A DNA stretch of 64,000 bases from Octopus vulgaris (taxonomy: Eukaryota). Location: positions 77,252,001-77,316,000 of the forward strand of contig OX597826.1 of NCBI GenBank assembly GCA_951406725.2, given 5' to 3'. The notes under the pieces were generated by a model. The model was not told where the DNA came from, did no database searches, and saw nothing but the letters and a program-made list of their open reading frames with translations. A program made the translations under genes and the position numbers. Below are positions 1-12,680 of the stretch, piece after piece (the first letter of the stretch is position 1; every line of letters starts with the position of its first letter).

Positions 1-66
1 TAAAGTGTGTGTTTGTGTGTTTGTGTGCGTATGTGTGTGAGCGTGTACACACACACACACGCCTGT

Positions 67-123
<57 letters not shown>

Positions 124-125
124 TA

Positions 126-226
126 GTTAATCCAAACATGAAAGCACAAAGAGAAAACACAACAACGCGAGGACGTGAAAAAAGTATAGAGTTATTGGAC
201 GCTCAGGAAAGGAAAGAAAGAAGGGA
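126..226 (-). mobile_element. Truncated copy of short HHR-bearing element family E (ribozyme part missing), inserted in (TA)n
   Basis: Reverse complement matches 37470-37562 (ttcctgagcgtccaataa...cacgtcctcgcgttgttg...tttggattaact); flanked by TA repeats on both sides. Confidence 0.7.
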
Positions 227-959
227 TATATATATGTGTGTGTATATGTATATATATGTATATATGTATATATATATATATATAAGCACTCACTGTACAC
301 ACACATTGTTTATTTTTTTATTTAATCAGTAGAATTACAAAGTAACCCAAAGCTGAAGAGATTCTTATCAAACATGTACGCATATACACACATGCATAAC
401 ACACACGCGCACACACATACTTATATACATATGCACCATACATATTTACATTTACTAATGTACACATTTACCAACGCAATGTCGTGTCGAGTGCACTCGT
501 GCACACACATATCAGTGGGGTGTGCAGTGGTGCTGATTCGGTGCTGTCGAATAATAAGAAAACACGACGATTGAGTTTAATTGAACAACACCTCACACTA
601 CAGGGTTTCTAAATATACAAGAGGAACACGCACAAAGACAAAAAATATCCTCGCAGTATTCCGCAAATAATTTACAATGAAAAACAGTATTATTCGTTAA
701 ATTTCAAGCTAATGACGCCATTATTGTTATATAATCTTAACGTTTCGGCTTTTGTGCTCTCCGGCCAACTTCACTTGCCTCTCGTATTTTGTAATGCATT
801 TGGTTGTTGGAGCCCTTGATTTATCTTCAGGGCAAAATCGCTCTCATCCCGTTGTCCATGCCAGGAATATTCACCAATTACTTAATGAGTAAGTTGCAAT
901 GCCGCTTGTTCGTTCCGCTTGAACAAATGTTTTTGTTTGCTTTTTTTTTTTGGTAGTCC

Positions 960-1042
960 ATCGCTTGACAACTGGTGTTGGTTTGTTTTTGCCCTTGTAA
1001 GTTATTGGTTCTGCGAAAGAGAGTTGATTGAATAAGCACCAG
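960..1042 (+). mobile_element. Degenerate fragment of SINE family A (3' half)
   Basis: tcgcttgacaactggtgttgg...gaataagcaccag aligns to 62351-62431. Confidence 0.55.
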
Positions 1043-1059
1043 AGTCTAAAATAGTTATA

Positions 1060-1470
1060 ATGAGAAAATCCTAGCGATTTGGTTATCTTATGTCAGAGCA
1101 ATGTCGGAAAAAATTTAGAAGATCCTTACAATACGAAGATAGAATTCAAAAGTAGGTTTGTCCTTCGAGATATCTCCCTTGCACAGGTTCTATCTAAAGA
1201 GACCATGATGAAGAAGTGTGTTTATTCCATTCCATGCAGCTGTAGCAGGGAATAGGAAATAGAAACCTGTCGACCATAAAGTAAGGTACGAGGTGATTTA
1301 CAATTTATGCCGGGACAGATTGAGAATGACTGATCATATGCGGAAGGAAAAGGGGAATCACCCCACCATTGTGAACAACGTCAAAACAATAGAGAGCGAA
1401 CAACTTTAGAAGACAATATGACTGAAAGACAAGCGCACGTTCTGGGTTTTGATTACCACCTCCGTTAGCC
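1060..1470 (+). pseudogene. Decayed Penelope-like element linker + GIY-YIG endonuclease
   Basis: Manual translation with stops and frameshifts: LSYVRAMSEKI*KIL ... KKCVYSIPCSCSRE*EIETCRP ... HMRKEKGNHP; resembles the PLE pattern PYV..SEKI.R / VY.IPC.C...YIGET.R.L. Confidence 0.6.
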
Positions 1471-1724
1471 TAAAATACAGATGCTAGCAGCCAAATTCAA
1501 AAAGATTAAGACGCCGAAATCCATAGAAATGAAATGAAAACTTGGATTTAAAACTCCAAATTACCGCCTTGGTAATTGGCCTTAGGTTTCAGGGCTTAGT
1601 CTATAAAGTGTTGATTTGGTGTGCCGGTTTACGTGGTGAGCATGAATCCAGTGTTTGAGTCAGCGGGTTTTTATATGCTCCGGTCTCTGGCTCAATAAAC
1701 ATGTTGCATTACAAGCTGGAAATT

Positions 1725-1990
1725 AAGTAGGACGATAAAGATCTACAACAGTAGAAGTAAACTCTTAGAAATAGGATGACTCAATTTTAGACATCAACGT
1801 TCTGATCGAAAACATTAGATACATCATGTCCGTTTATATGAAAGACACAAATGCAGACAACTACAGACACATATGTAAATGGTAAAATCTCATCTGAGAA
1901 GAACATTTAGATTATTCTCCACAAGTGAAGCACTTCGTAAAGAAATCCAAAGAATAAAACATTCATTAATCAACAACGGCCAATATTTCC
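1725..1990 (+). pseudogene. Decayed Penelope-like RT C-terminal/thumb fragment
   Basis: LDINVLIENIRYIMSVYMKDTNADNY (FLD...VYRKPT motif) and HLRRTFRLFSTSEALRKEIQRIKHSLINNGQY (RA..ICS...E...IK..L..NGYP motif). Confidence 0.6.
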
Positions 1991-2149
1991 GCACCCTACG
2001 GTGAAAATTCAGCTGAAGGGGGAGATAATTTGTCACAAACAAGTGAGTATATATTTTTAAATACTTTATGTAAATATAAACATTTGTAAATAATTATATT
2101 TTACAATGGTTGATTAACAAACGCATGGCAAAAATCTGCCTGTGTCTTC

Positions 2150-2624
2150 GTACATTTGCATATGAGCGATGTAATAAAATGAAAGAAGAATTAAGCAGAT
2201 TTTCCTATTTATTTTCATTTGAAGTTTATCCATGGATGATGGATCGTTTCGGCTGTGATATAGAACACGTCAGTAAAAATATCCAAGAAGTACTTATTGA
2301 ACTAAAATGCAATGATGAATTTAAAAACAGATTTCAAAATGGTGGAATAACTAAATTATGGCTGTCAATTATAGCTAAATAGCGACATTTGTCAACATGC
2401 GGTCTGAAATGTCGAGAATACTGTTGTGCTTTCAAGCTTCGTATTTTGGTAGAATGTGGATTTAGTGCAGTGAATACAATCTTGACAAAAGAAATAAATA
2501 AAATCGATATATGTATTCGAGGAGATGTTAGACTACAACTCACAAATTTTAGTTTAAATATAAAATAAAAAATCAAATCTAAAAGAAATCTGGCAGTAAA
2601 GCATCAACCACAAGGAGGACATTA
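2150..2624 (+). pseudogene. hAT (Buster/Charlie-type) transposase C-terminal dimerisation-domain remnant
   Basis: ORF 2110-2382 (IQEVLIELKCNDEFKNRF...LW) followed in other frames by VECGFSAVNTILTKEINKIDICIRGDVRLQLTNF and LAVKHQPQGGH*. Confidence 0.7.
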
Positions 2625-2865
2625 AATAAATGACGTAAGTAAAGTATTTTAAATTAACACAAATAATTAGCCATTGACAACACCTAATTAGGTTACCTAT
2701 GAAGAAATTCAAAGAACACCAAAGTGAGAGATCTCCAGAGACGATGGATCCACAGACACTTTCAATTTTACAAGAATGAAGGACTACCCAGAATAATGAG
2801 ACTAAGAAATTCACAATCGAGCAAAACGTGTGTGCATTCTCATCAACGATTGGCCGACCGGATAT

Positions 2866-2919
<54 letters not shown>

Positions 2920-2947
2920 CGCGCATACACACATTTGTTTTCATTTT

Positions 2948-3125
2948 TTTTACTGCGGCCATGCTGGAGCACCGCCTTTAATCGAACAATTCGACCCCAT
3001 GACTTATTCTTCGTAAGCCTAGTACTTATTTTATCAGGCTCTTTTACCGAACCGCTAAGTTACGGAGACGTAAACACACTAACATCCATTGTCAAGCGAT
3101 GGTGGGGTGACACAGACACACAAAT
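2948..3125 (-). mobile_element. SINE family A, 3' half
   Basis: ctgcggccatgctggagcaccgcc...gaaccgctaagttacgg...gtcaagcgat matches full-length copies at 53150-53546 and 22622-23044. Confidence 0.85.
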
Positions 3126-3146
3126 ACATATATACATATATACACA

Positions 3147-3221
<75 letters not shown>

Positions 3222-3225
<4 letters not shown>

Positions 3226-3483
3226 AAAATTAATTAATTAAATCAATTAATTAATAATTTTACGAAGTAGATCGGTACGTTAAAATAACCTTTATAGGTA
3301 AAATTATACAAATATTCTACAATTATAAGCATAATTATAATTAAGGGTCAGCTAATTGCTTTACTACCGTAAGAATCTTACGGTAGTAGAAAATGAATTT
3401 TTAACTCCTATTTCTAAATTCGGAATGTGGTGAAGCAATTAGCTGACCCCTAATTATAATTATGTTTATAATTATACAATATT

Positions 3484-3484
<1 letters not shown>
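3222..3484. repeat. Foldback insert in (TA)n: ~54-bp inverted arms plus a 13-bp-stem hairpin
   Basis: 3310-3363 is the near-exact reverse complement of 3431-3484; tactaccgtaaga-a-tcttacggtagta at 3362-3388. Confidence 0.75.
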
Positions 3485-3518
<34 letters not shown>

Positions 3519-3569
3519 AGAGAGTTTCCTAACTCTTGCTGCTAAAGGACTTGAAATTCTAGCGGAATG

Positions 3570-3732
3570 TGCGTAGTCGACTACATCGAGCCCGTTGCTC
3601 GGCTGGTGTTTATTTCATCGATCTCGAAAGGACGAAAGGCAAAGCCGACAAGGCGGGATTTGTACTCAAAACATAAAGACGGACGAAATGCCGGTAAGCG
3701 TTTTCCTCGGCATGGTAACGATTTTACCGTCT
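3570..3732 (-). mobile_element. Degenerate SINE family B
   Basis: gtcgactacatcga...gaaaggcaaagccgac...gacgaaatgcc aligns to 42720-42899. Confidence 0.65.
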
Positions 3733-3932
3733 TCTGTCGATTTATAATAAAAACAATTTTACATTAAACTGAAGGATTATTCACTACTTTTTATGGCGTA
3801 TATATCAATCATTCTTCTACAAGAATACTGTTGACAGCGACTTCGATGCTTCTGGTGAAGTATGGCAGACCAAAGCTTCGAACTCAAGATGATACATAGA
3901 CATACGCACATGTGCATACATACTTATATATA

Positions 3933-4140
3933 AAGGGAAAGTTTTCGAAAATAAACAAAAGACGAAGGCAGGTGGAGTACAAACAAACAAATGTATTAGT
4001 ATAGCGCTCAGGAATAGAAATAGAAAAAGTCTTTTACATTTCGAGCCTACGCTCTTCGACAGAAAGATACACAGAAAAAAACAAGGAGAGAAACAAGGAG
4101 AGAAAAAAATGCGTGTAGGAGCTAACGATCTATCATGGCA
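3933..4140 (-). mobile_element. Short HHR-bearing element, family F
   Basis: Reverse complement is near-identical to 45733-45916 and 32326-32507. Confidence 0.85.
4030..4067 (-). ncRNA. Minimal type-I hammerhead-like fold, variant core CUGUCGA
   Basis: Minus strand: ucuuu CUGUCGA a gagc-guag-gcuc GAAA ug UA aaaga; stem III carries a C>U change relative to sister copies. Confidence 0.45.
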
Positions 4141-4535
4141 CACACACACATTACTCATCAGAGTTTTAAAACTTAACGATTTCAAATTTTGAAATTTCAT
4201 CCATTCTCTTCATTTTAAAAGAGACTCTGTAGTTACAATTATTTTTTTCAACTACTTACATTTTTAACAAACAAATAGCGTGAAAAGAATTATTTATCTC
4301 TCCTTTTTAACGTATGTCTTCAATATTATTTTTGATATTGTTGTTTAAGCATTGCGTAACTTTCAATATGTAAGACCAAACAAAATGCTTTTTTGCAAAA
4401 ACATCATGTATGCGCACAGATATATACATACATACATGCATGCACACATACTTACATACATAAATACATATATTTATATATATATGATTAATTTTAAAAT
4501 GTTTTAAAGTAGTAAAATATTTTTTAAAATTTTCA

Positions 4536-4572
<37 letters not shown>

Positions 4573-4829
4573 GTTGTTGCTGTTGTTGTTGTTGTTATCA
4601 TCATTTTGAGTATAAGTCAATATTTCAATGTAGTTTTTGTATATATTTTTTATTTTCTTTATCCGTTCATTATATTATTATTATTATATATATAGGTTAG
4701 CAAGATGTTTTTTTTTATCATTTATAAAATAATGTCTGGCAATATTTTTTTAAGCATAATATTTCCAACTCATATTGACGCATATACTCTATACACGCAC
4801 ACACACACATAAAAGCATATGTATAAACA

Positions 4830-4908
<79 letters not shown>

Positions 4909-4919
4909 ATGTATATATG

Positions 4920-4966
<47 letters not shown>

Positions 4967-5021
4967 ATATACATACATACATAAATACATACATACATAC
5001 ATACATACATACATACATACA

Positions 5022-5055
<34 letters not shown>

Positions 5056-5425
5056 CATACATACAATGTCTTTCAGTTTTTAATGTCTTTCTCCTTCCTC
5101 AACATTACATGTGTAAGCTTTTAAATGGAATATTTTTCACGTTTCAAAAATAAATTTAAATTCGTCTTTTTTTTATATATTTCCATAAAATTTCATTTTA
5201 TTCTTTTTACGCATTTCTCTTTCGTTATGCATATTTATAATATTATGTAACTTCCTTTTACATTCGAAAGTTTTCATATTTGTTACACGCTTATTCTGAT
5301 ATGCTTATCAGAATGACACACACACACAGACACAGATATCTATGTATTATGCATGTATGCTACTAGGTACGTAGATAGATATGTATTTGTATGTCAAATA
5401 AAACACACACACACACACAAACACG

Positions 5426-5465
<40 letters not shown>

Positions 5466-5806
5466 TGTGAATGAAATATTTTTATATGCGTTTGTTTCTA
5501 CTCATACGTTTTTATATAATGTAAAATATATAAATGTTATATATAAATGACATGTATATGTATGTGTATATAAATGATATACATATATATGTATGTATGT
5601 ATGTATATATGTATATATATATGTTTATATGTGTTTGTGTATGTGTGTGCGCCTAAGCTCGCTAACAGGTAACAGCTCACCTCGCTCGCAGACACTCAAA
5701 CACACACACACACACACTCAAACACACACACACACACTCACACACTCATTGTGCAGACTGATGAACAACACACAACACGTACAAACATATGAGTGTGTGT
5801 TGCTGT

Positions 5807-5858
<52 letters not shown>

Positions 5859-6231
5859 CTGTGTCTGTGTTGGTGTGTGTGCGCGCGTGTGGTTTGCTTG
5901 TATGAAGACAATTGTTTACTGAAATTTATTATTTGGTTTTTGGGGTTCTTGTTTTGTTTTTCAAATGTTATTTCAAATTATTTCCCAAAAAACATACCTC
6001 TTCAGAAAGTCGGTGATACATACAAATATCTATACATACACACACGCGCGCGCGTACACTCACACACACACAATCACACACTTGCAAACGAGGAAACGCA
6101 AACACACACACGAATACACACTCTCCCAAACATACACATAAACCAACATACATATACGTTTATATATACACATAGATTTATGCATGCATACGCACGTATA
6201 ATAATAACTACAATAACAAGTAATAGTAGTA

Positions 6232-6275
<44 letters not shown>

Positions 6276-6396
6276 GCGTATATATATACATATATATACG
6301 TATACACACACACATATATATACGTATATATATATATATATATATATAATATACATATGCGTATATATATACGTATACACACACACATATATATAC

Positions 6397-6434
<38 letters not shown>

Positions 6435-6500
6435 ACAAACACATACACATATATAACGGAATATCCCATACTCTGGGATATCCCAGAAACAGTTGTAAGA

Positions 6501-6541
<41 letters not shown>

Positions 6542-6598
6542 TGTATACGACTTAAGATGCTTTCCTTGCCTTAACGTTTGTTGTCCTGTTTAGCAATT

Positions 6599-6636
<38 letters not shown>

Positions 6637-6646
6637 TATTTTAGCG

Positions 6647-7328
6647 TTTGGTAGATATAAGAAACATAGTAAATATAAAAGAAAGGGAGACAAGGAGATA
6701 TATAATAATTAAAATATACAGTATATATCACATTCCTGAAAATATTTTTTTTTTTTGTTTTTTCGTATGTCATGTTGGAACATCTTGAATATCTGTTAAT
6801 CGGAATATATTTCTTTATATCGATAACCGGAAACGAAAATAACTACTGACATAAAACCAGTCTCTTAGCTACAATAATTCTATTCGCATAAGGTAAGGCT
6901 GAATTTCTTATTAAATTAACTACAAAACGTCCAGAAATACGAAGCGTTTCTCTTTCCAGCCTTGAAGCTCACGAAGTCAAAGTTTAGCCAGATTTTGAAG
7001 GATGTCAGACTGAGAGTACAAGGAGAGACGCCATTCACTTCCGATGCCGCTTGCACTGATTCTTCTCTCTTTTACTTGTTTCAGTCATTTGACTGCGGCC
7101 ATGCTGGAGTACCGCCTTTAATCGAGCAACTCGACCCCGGGACTTATTCTTTTGTAAGCCCAGTACTTATTCCATCGGTCTCTTTTGCCGAACCGCTAAG
7201 TAACGGGGACGTAAACACACTAGCATCGGAATATGGTGTATAGTTTAATATGCTGTATAGTTTAATTATTATACTTCTCCCTGTCTCCCTTTCTTTTATA
7301 TTTACTATGTTTCTTATATCTACCAAAT
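6647..7328. repeat. ~80-bp inverted repeat pair (6647-6725 / 7248-7328)
   Basis: tttggtagatataagaaacatagtaaatataaaagaaagggagaca... versus ...tgtctccctttcttttatatttactatgtttcttatatctaccaaa. Confidence 0.8.
7066..7229 (-). mobile_element. SINE family A, 3' portion
   Basis: Near-identical to the reverse complement of 22880-23044. Confidence 0.9.
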
Positions 7329-7689
7329 TCTGTGGAATGTACTGGAGCAACATGAAGCGAAGTGCCTTTAATCTTAACAAAACCTGCCTCGCTGTTGAGG
7401 GATCAGACTCATGGTGGAGAGATCGTGAGTCCAATACATTTACCCCTGAGCCATGGGCTTGCATTAAATGTAGAATTAAACGTGCTAAGCAGTCAAGGAA
7501 CAGTTTTTAGAGTCATTGAGTCGATGGCACTCAAGCTTTATTTGGTGCTCAAACTTATCGAAATAATGGTTTGAGCGTTCTGGATCCTCTAGAAATATAA
7601 CTCGTTGAATCAGCATTAGCACTGGCTCTCATTATATTCGATGTACAAAATTACCCGATGAGAGTCTTCAAAAATATTTGCATTTGGTG

Positions 7690-8240
7690 CCTTCTGTAAT
7701 GTCCAACGTAAGATTCCAAACCTATGTTAGTATTTGTATTAACAGTACCTCTGTTAACAATACTTTTGATAGTGTACTTTTGATAGTGTAACAATACTTT
7801 TGATAGTTCCAGTGGACATTCGTTTGTTTCATACAATTACAAATCATAAAAGTGTTGGTAAGCAGTTGGTTCAAACAATTTGAATCTACTCAGATTGGAC
7901 AATATCTGCCCAAAATTATATGTAGTAGAATAGAATAAGTAACTTTAACGGAACGCTGATTAATACTTTTAAAATACTTGTGGTCGAAAGGAAAGTTTTT
8001 CAGCATTTTAAATGAATTTTTTGACACTGCCGTCAGGAATTGTCGATATAAGGCTGGTTATACCAAGATATATCTCTACTTTTATTTCTCTTTCTATTGG
8101 TCGGATAATCTCTTTTAACATATCTAATTTTAACACAGAAATTTTAGAAAATCGTTATATTTTGAGAGGTGTCATTAAAAATAGTCTCCATCGAAGAGAA
8201 ATGGGGAAAATTTTGGGGGTGGTTTTCCAGAAAATGACAA
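7690..8240 (-). pseudogene. Decayed Neptune-type Penelope-like element (thumb/Cys linker/GIY-YIG)
   Basis: Minus-strand fragments: NHP; LKMLKNFPFDHKYFKSINQRSVKVTYS; NFGQILSN; CNC...ECPLE; IKSIVNRGTV...ESYVG. These match the pattern HFP..H...KIFN..T+K+SYS / CNC...CPL / VY...YVG. Confidence 0.7.
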
Positions 8241-8335
8241 AAATCTATTAGTGTTGTTTATTGACTTTGTTTTTGTAGACAGTTAAAACTTTTCTTTGAT
8301 AAAACTGAATGTAAGACCAAGGCAAATAAATTTAT

Positions 8336-8784
8336 CAGTAAAATACCCGGATATTTCAGACAACAGTAAAATACCCGGATATTTCGGACAACAGTAAAAT
8401 ACCCGGATATTTCGGACAGCAGTAGAATACCCGGATATTTCGGACAACAGTAAAACACCCGGATATTTAAGACAACAGTAAAATACCCGGATATTTCAGA
8501 CAACAGTAAAATACCCGGATATTTCGGACAAACAGTAAAATACCCGGATATTTCAGACAACAGTAAAATACCCGGATATTTCGGGCAACAGTAAAATACT
8601 CGGATATTTCGGACAACAGTAAAATACCCGGATATTTCGGACAACAGTAAAATACTCGGATATTTCGGACAACAGTAAAATGCCCGGATATTTCGTACAA
8701 CAGTAAAATATCCGGATATTTCGGACAACAGTAAAATGCCCGGATATTTCGGACAATAGTAAAATACCCGGATATTTCCGACAG
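8336..8784. repeat. 28-bp minisatellite, ~16 copies (cagtaaaatacccggatatttcggacaa)
   Basis: Direct tandem copies with few substitutions and no spacers. Confidence 0.95.
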
Positions 8785-10165
8785 CAGCAATATAGTATCC
8801 CTGCAGTTTGTCTTATCGAATACTTTATATTGTTGAATTTATTCCTGTACAATTACATACACGAATCCGTACTTGCATACATACATACATACATACATAC
8901 ATACATACATACATACATACATACATACATACTTGCATAAGTACATACATACACACATACATACAGACATATACATACATGCACACATATACATACATGT
9001 TTACATAAGTACATGCATATATACACACGCATACATACACACGCATACATATACACACACATACACACACACACATACATACACACACACACATACATAC
9101 ATGCACACACATATGCACATGCATGCATACATACACACACATACATAATACATACATACATACATACATACATACATTATACATATAGCATGCATACACT
9201 CGCACACTCACATACATACATGCATACATACATTACACACATACATACATACATACATACATACATACATACAAAAGTATGAAAATTTGTTTGCTTTGGT
9301 TAGGCTGATGCGTTGAAATTGTGAAAGTAGTCTTCCTGAAAAGCTGCTCAAATATAAACGATGGCCCAAGAAATAACAGCTTCCATAGCTTATATAAGCT
9401 AACAGTTACAACTAGACAACACCACTCACAGAAATCGAACTTAAATGTCTACCCGACACCGTATGGTTGTGACACCACCACACCCAGGAGGGCATAGGGA
9501 TTTTAATACAAACATACATGGATACATACACACATACATAGCTACATACATACACACATGCATACATAAATGCATACATACACTTATGTATACATGCACA
9601 TATATGCATACATATCAATAATAAAGTTCTTATCAGGAACAAAATGTTCAATAGGACTGCTATAGAAGTGCTCAATTAAATGAGACAAATATATTAAACT
9701 ATGGTTGCAGAACAAACAAATATAAGGTCATCCACGTAACATATCACATCTCGAACATTTAATCACATAATGCTTTTTCTTTCACATAGAATTTACATGT
9801 ATAAAATCACGGAAGATGAAACACAACTCATCAATACAAGCATATGAGAAAAATATAAGAAAAATGCGTGAATACAGTCCAACGCGGTTAAAAGTTAATG
9901 ATTAATACTTTAGCGACTAAAAAATATATATTTTAACATTATGATATCTAGAATAATAAGTACATAAAATATAAAGAAATATAAATATATAAAAAGATAT
10001 AAAAATACATATATATATAGGAAACATATAAATAAATAATATATAAGGTAAGATAAAAGTTCATCGTTTAGAAATTTTTTCGATTAAAAATTAATTTTCA
10101 GGATAAGGAAAAACCTATTGTTAAAAGCCAGTGTCCAAGCAAAAAAAGAAGAAACCATATTTACA

Positions 10166-10247
10166 TTCCCTATGGCCATTTCAGGGGTACATCACTGTAT
10201 TTAATGCACAAGGGTGCATCACAATAATTACTCCTTCGTCAGGGGAA
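10166..10247 (-). ncRNA. Type-I hammerhead ribozyme (canonical core, long stem II, palindromic stem III)
   Basis: Minus strand: uuccc CUGACGA aggagua-auuauugu-gaugcac-ccuu-gugcauu-aaau-acagugau-g-uaccccu GAAA uggcca UA gggaa; all core residues and stems I-III present; predicted cleavage after AUA (10171/10170). Confidence 0.8.
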
Positions 10248-10377
10248 AAATAAAGACACACACATCATCACATACCAGGGCGAGACCTTCTTAACCAAAC
10301 CTGATGCAATATTGCATGGTTTCTTATTTAAGAAGTCATGCTCAGACCAGCTCAAATATTCAAAAAAAAAAAAAGGG

Positions 10378-10617
10378 GGAAATTATTAACTATATAAATG
10401 GCTGTCTTTTATTTAAATTCAACCTCGACGGTTTCAATTCGCTGTAAGAGCTAAATTATTTACTTGCTACAACTTTTTTATTCCAATACACCTTTAATAT
10501 TCAAAATAAAAAAAAGGAAATTATTAACTATATAAATGGCTGTCTTAAATTAAATTCAACCTCGACAGTTTCAATTCCCTGTAAGACCTAATTTTTTACT
10601 TGCTACAACTTTTTTTA
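10378..10617. repeat. Direct duplication (~100-bp units, ~138-bp period) in the PLE 3' region
   Basis: aaattattaactatataaatggctgtctt...tacttgctacaacttttt at ~10380-10480 and ~10518-10617. Confidence 0.85.
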
Positions 10618-11004
10618 ATTCCTATACACTTTTAGGAAGGTAGATGAAAATTTATGGATGCAAAAAGGAATCACGTCAGTAAATTTATTCAGAGTGTGTG
10701 CTCCATAACCCCTAAGGATGGTAAGGGGTTCCCTTATGCAAAGCTTACACTTGCTAATATTTCCTTTGTAATTTGGAGTTTTAGAGACAATAGACCATTC
10801 TAGATAATAATTCTTATTCTTCTTCATATTATGTAGATGGGATACAAGTGTTGTTGAATTACAAAATGTATCATTAGAAAACGAGCTCATATGTGATCTA
10901 GCCTTAAAATCTACCGTGCTACCTATTTAAAATTTATTTAATTTATCCTCGTCCTTGACTACATATGTATATATGATGCTAGTAACTAGACAGGAACCAT
11001 CTAC
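10615..11004 (-). pseudogene. Neptune-type Penelope-like GIY-YIG endonuclease, 5'-truncated, one in-frame stop
   Basis: Continuous frame VDGSCLVTSIIYTYVVKDEDKLNKF*IGSTVDFKARSHMSSFSN...TTLVSHLHNMKK...LEWSIV...CKLCIRE...LNK...CIH; the stop replaces the Tyr of YIG. Confidence 0.85.
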
Positions 11005-11097
11005 ATGCATGCATACGTACATATATACACACACATACATACATGTATACATACATACACATAAATACATACATACATACATACATGCATACATACA

Positions 11098-11131
<34 letters not shown>

Positions 11132-11139
11132 CATACATA

Positions 11140-11208
11140 CAAGGTACCACGCAGTGAGATTGAACCTGGACCTACGTGGCTGGAAACAAAACTTCTTGCC
11201 ACACGGCC
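11140..11208 (-). mobile_element. SINE family A, degenerate tRNA-like head
   Basis: aaggtaccacgcagtgagattgaacc...cttgccacacggcc matches the reverse complement of the family A head. Confidence 0.55.
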
Positions 11209-11241
11209 TTTCCTGCGCCTAAAGAAACAAAATCGCACGCA

Positions 11242-11468
11242 TTAACCCTTCAGCATTCAGACTGCTCTGTTTAATAGAATGCTTATTTAATCAAATGGTT
11301 TCCAATTAATCATTGATTACTTTGTAGCTTTGAGATTTCGATGACAAGATTATTTTATTCTTAGAACGACGTTGTGAGGCAGGTGTGAATAGGCTGGGCC
11401 TGGCCAGTTGGGAAATAAACAGGTAGAATATCCGGGCCTATATGGCTGGCTTATATGCTAAAAGGTCA
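11242..11468. mobile_element. Probable piggyBac-type MITE relic
   Basis: ttaacccttcagcat at the left end; atgctaaaaggtcaa at the right end (imperfect TIR with TTAA-CCC terminus). Confidence 0.4.
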
Positions 11469-11489
11469 AAATATAGCAGGCACAGATGA

Positions 11490-11960
11490 TAAATTCGGCC
11501 AACTCAAATAGATTTAATGTCCAAAGGAATATATTAAATCCATTATGTACGAAGGCCAGTTCTATTAGCGCCGTGAGTCTCTCCTCAGCAAATCGAGATA
11601 GAATACAAACTACACACAATGCATTTCGCATCCTCACAGGTTTTACCGAGAGCACGACCACATTTGAGGGGAACAATTTGTTGCTGTAGTAAAATTTAAT
11701 CCTTAAATTTCTGTCTGCTACTTGAATGAAAAGTCATCCTCCAGATATCCAAATGTTACAATATCCTGGAACAGCAATACAAACACGCAAACTTTTCCCA
11801 TTCAGTCTAAATAAACATAAGGGACACATAGATTCTTACTATGGGATTTCAAACCTTGATGGACTCAATGGAACATCGTCTTGACACATGACGCGTCCAG
11901 GGCATTTAAAACATGATGGATCTCACCCCACACCAGGGTTTCAATGCAGCTGCTTTTCCA
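11490..11960 (+). pseudogene. Non-LTR retrotransposon ORF2 C-terminal remnant
   Basis: SLSSANRDRIQTTHNAFRILTGFTEST resembles the LINE thumb motif L...QN.A.R.ITG...ST. Confidence 0.45.
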
Positions 11961-12011
11961 CCGAGAGCGAAAGAGTGAGAGTGAAAGAAAGTGAGAAATA
12001 AAGAAAAAGAA

Positions 12012-12157
12012 TAATTGACCTCAGTACTTAGGTTTCGTTTTGTTTATCGACTCGAAAGAATGGAAGGAAAAGTAAAACCTTGGTGCGATTTGAACTCAGA
12101 ATGGAGAAACGAGTACTAGAAGGCATTTTATCGGATGCGCTAGAGACTCTGCCAGCA
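12012..12157 (-). mobile_element. Degenerate SINE family B
   Basis: tttatcgactcgaaagaatggaagg...tttgaactcagaat...tctgccagc. Confidence 0.55.
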
Positions 12158-12602
12158 CACCATCATTTTATTGCGGGCGGGGGGGGGGGGGGCAGAGAGA
12201 AGTGATACATTTCAAGAGTAGTTATGTGGAGGGGAATCTCAACTCTCACATCCTGACCAACTCCACTGGGGTCATCGTCAGAATCTACAAAGAGAGATTT
12301 AAACAAAACGACGGAGCTGCAAGGTATACGAGTCGTAAAGTACAATATCGCCCTCAACTAGGCGAGGACATTGTATAAATAAGAGAAGAGATAAATGGTT
12401 AGGGGCGGGGCCACACCTCATTGTTCGGCTGATTACTTCTCTGCGTATAACTGTTTTAATTGGGATATTTAGGGTCCGGCAAAAGCACCCGCATGTGACC
12501 TATGGGACCGATTAGTCAGAATAGACTTTGGGGGTTACACCACTACTGCATGTGTTAAAGGATTTTTAAATTAAGGGCTGACCTAGGGACAACAGCAACT
12601 AA

Positions 12603-12633
12603 TCCATCATCACCATCATCATCATCATCATCG

Positions 12634-12680
<47 letters not shown>

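Noticed and set aside
8336-8784. CRISPR-like array (28-bp partly palindromic repeat)
   Set aside because: Units are contiguous with no unique spacers, there are no cas genes, and the context is eukaryotic
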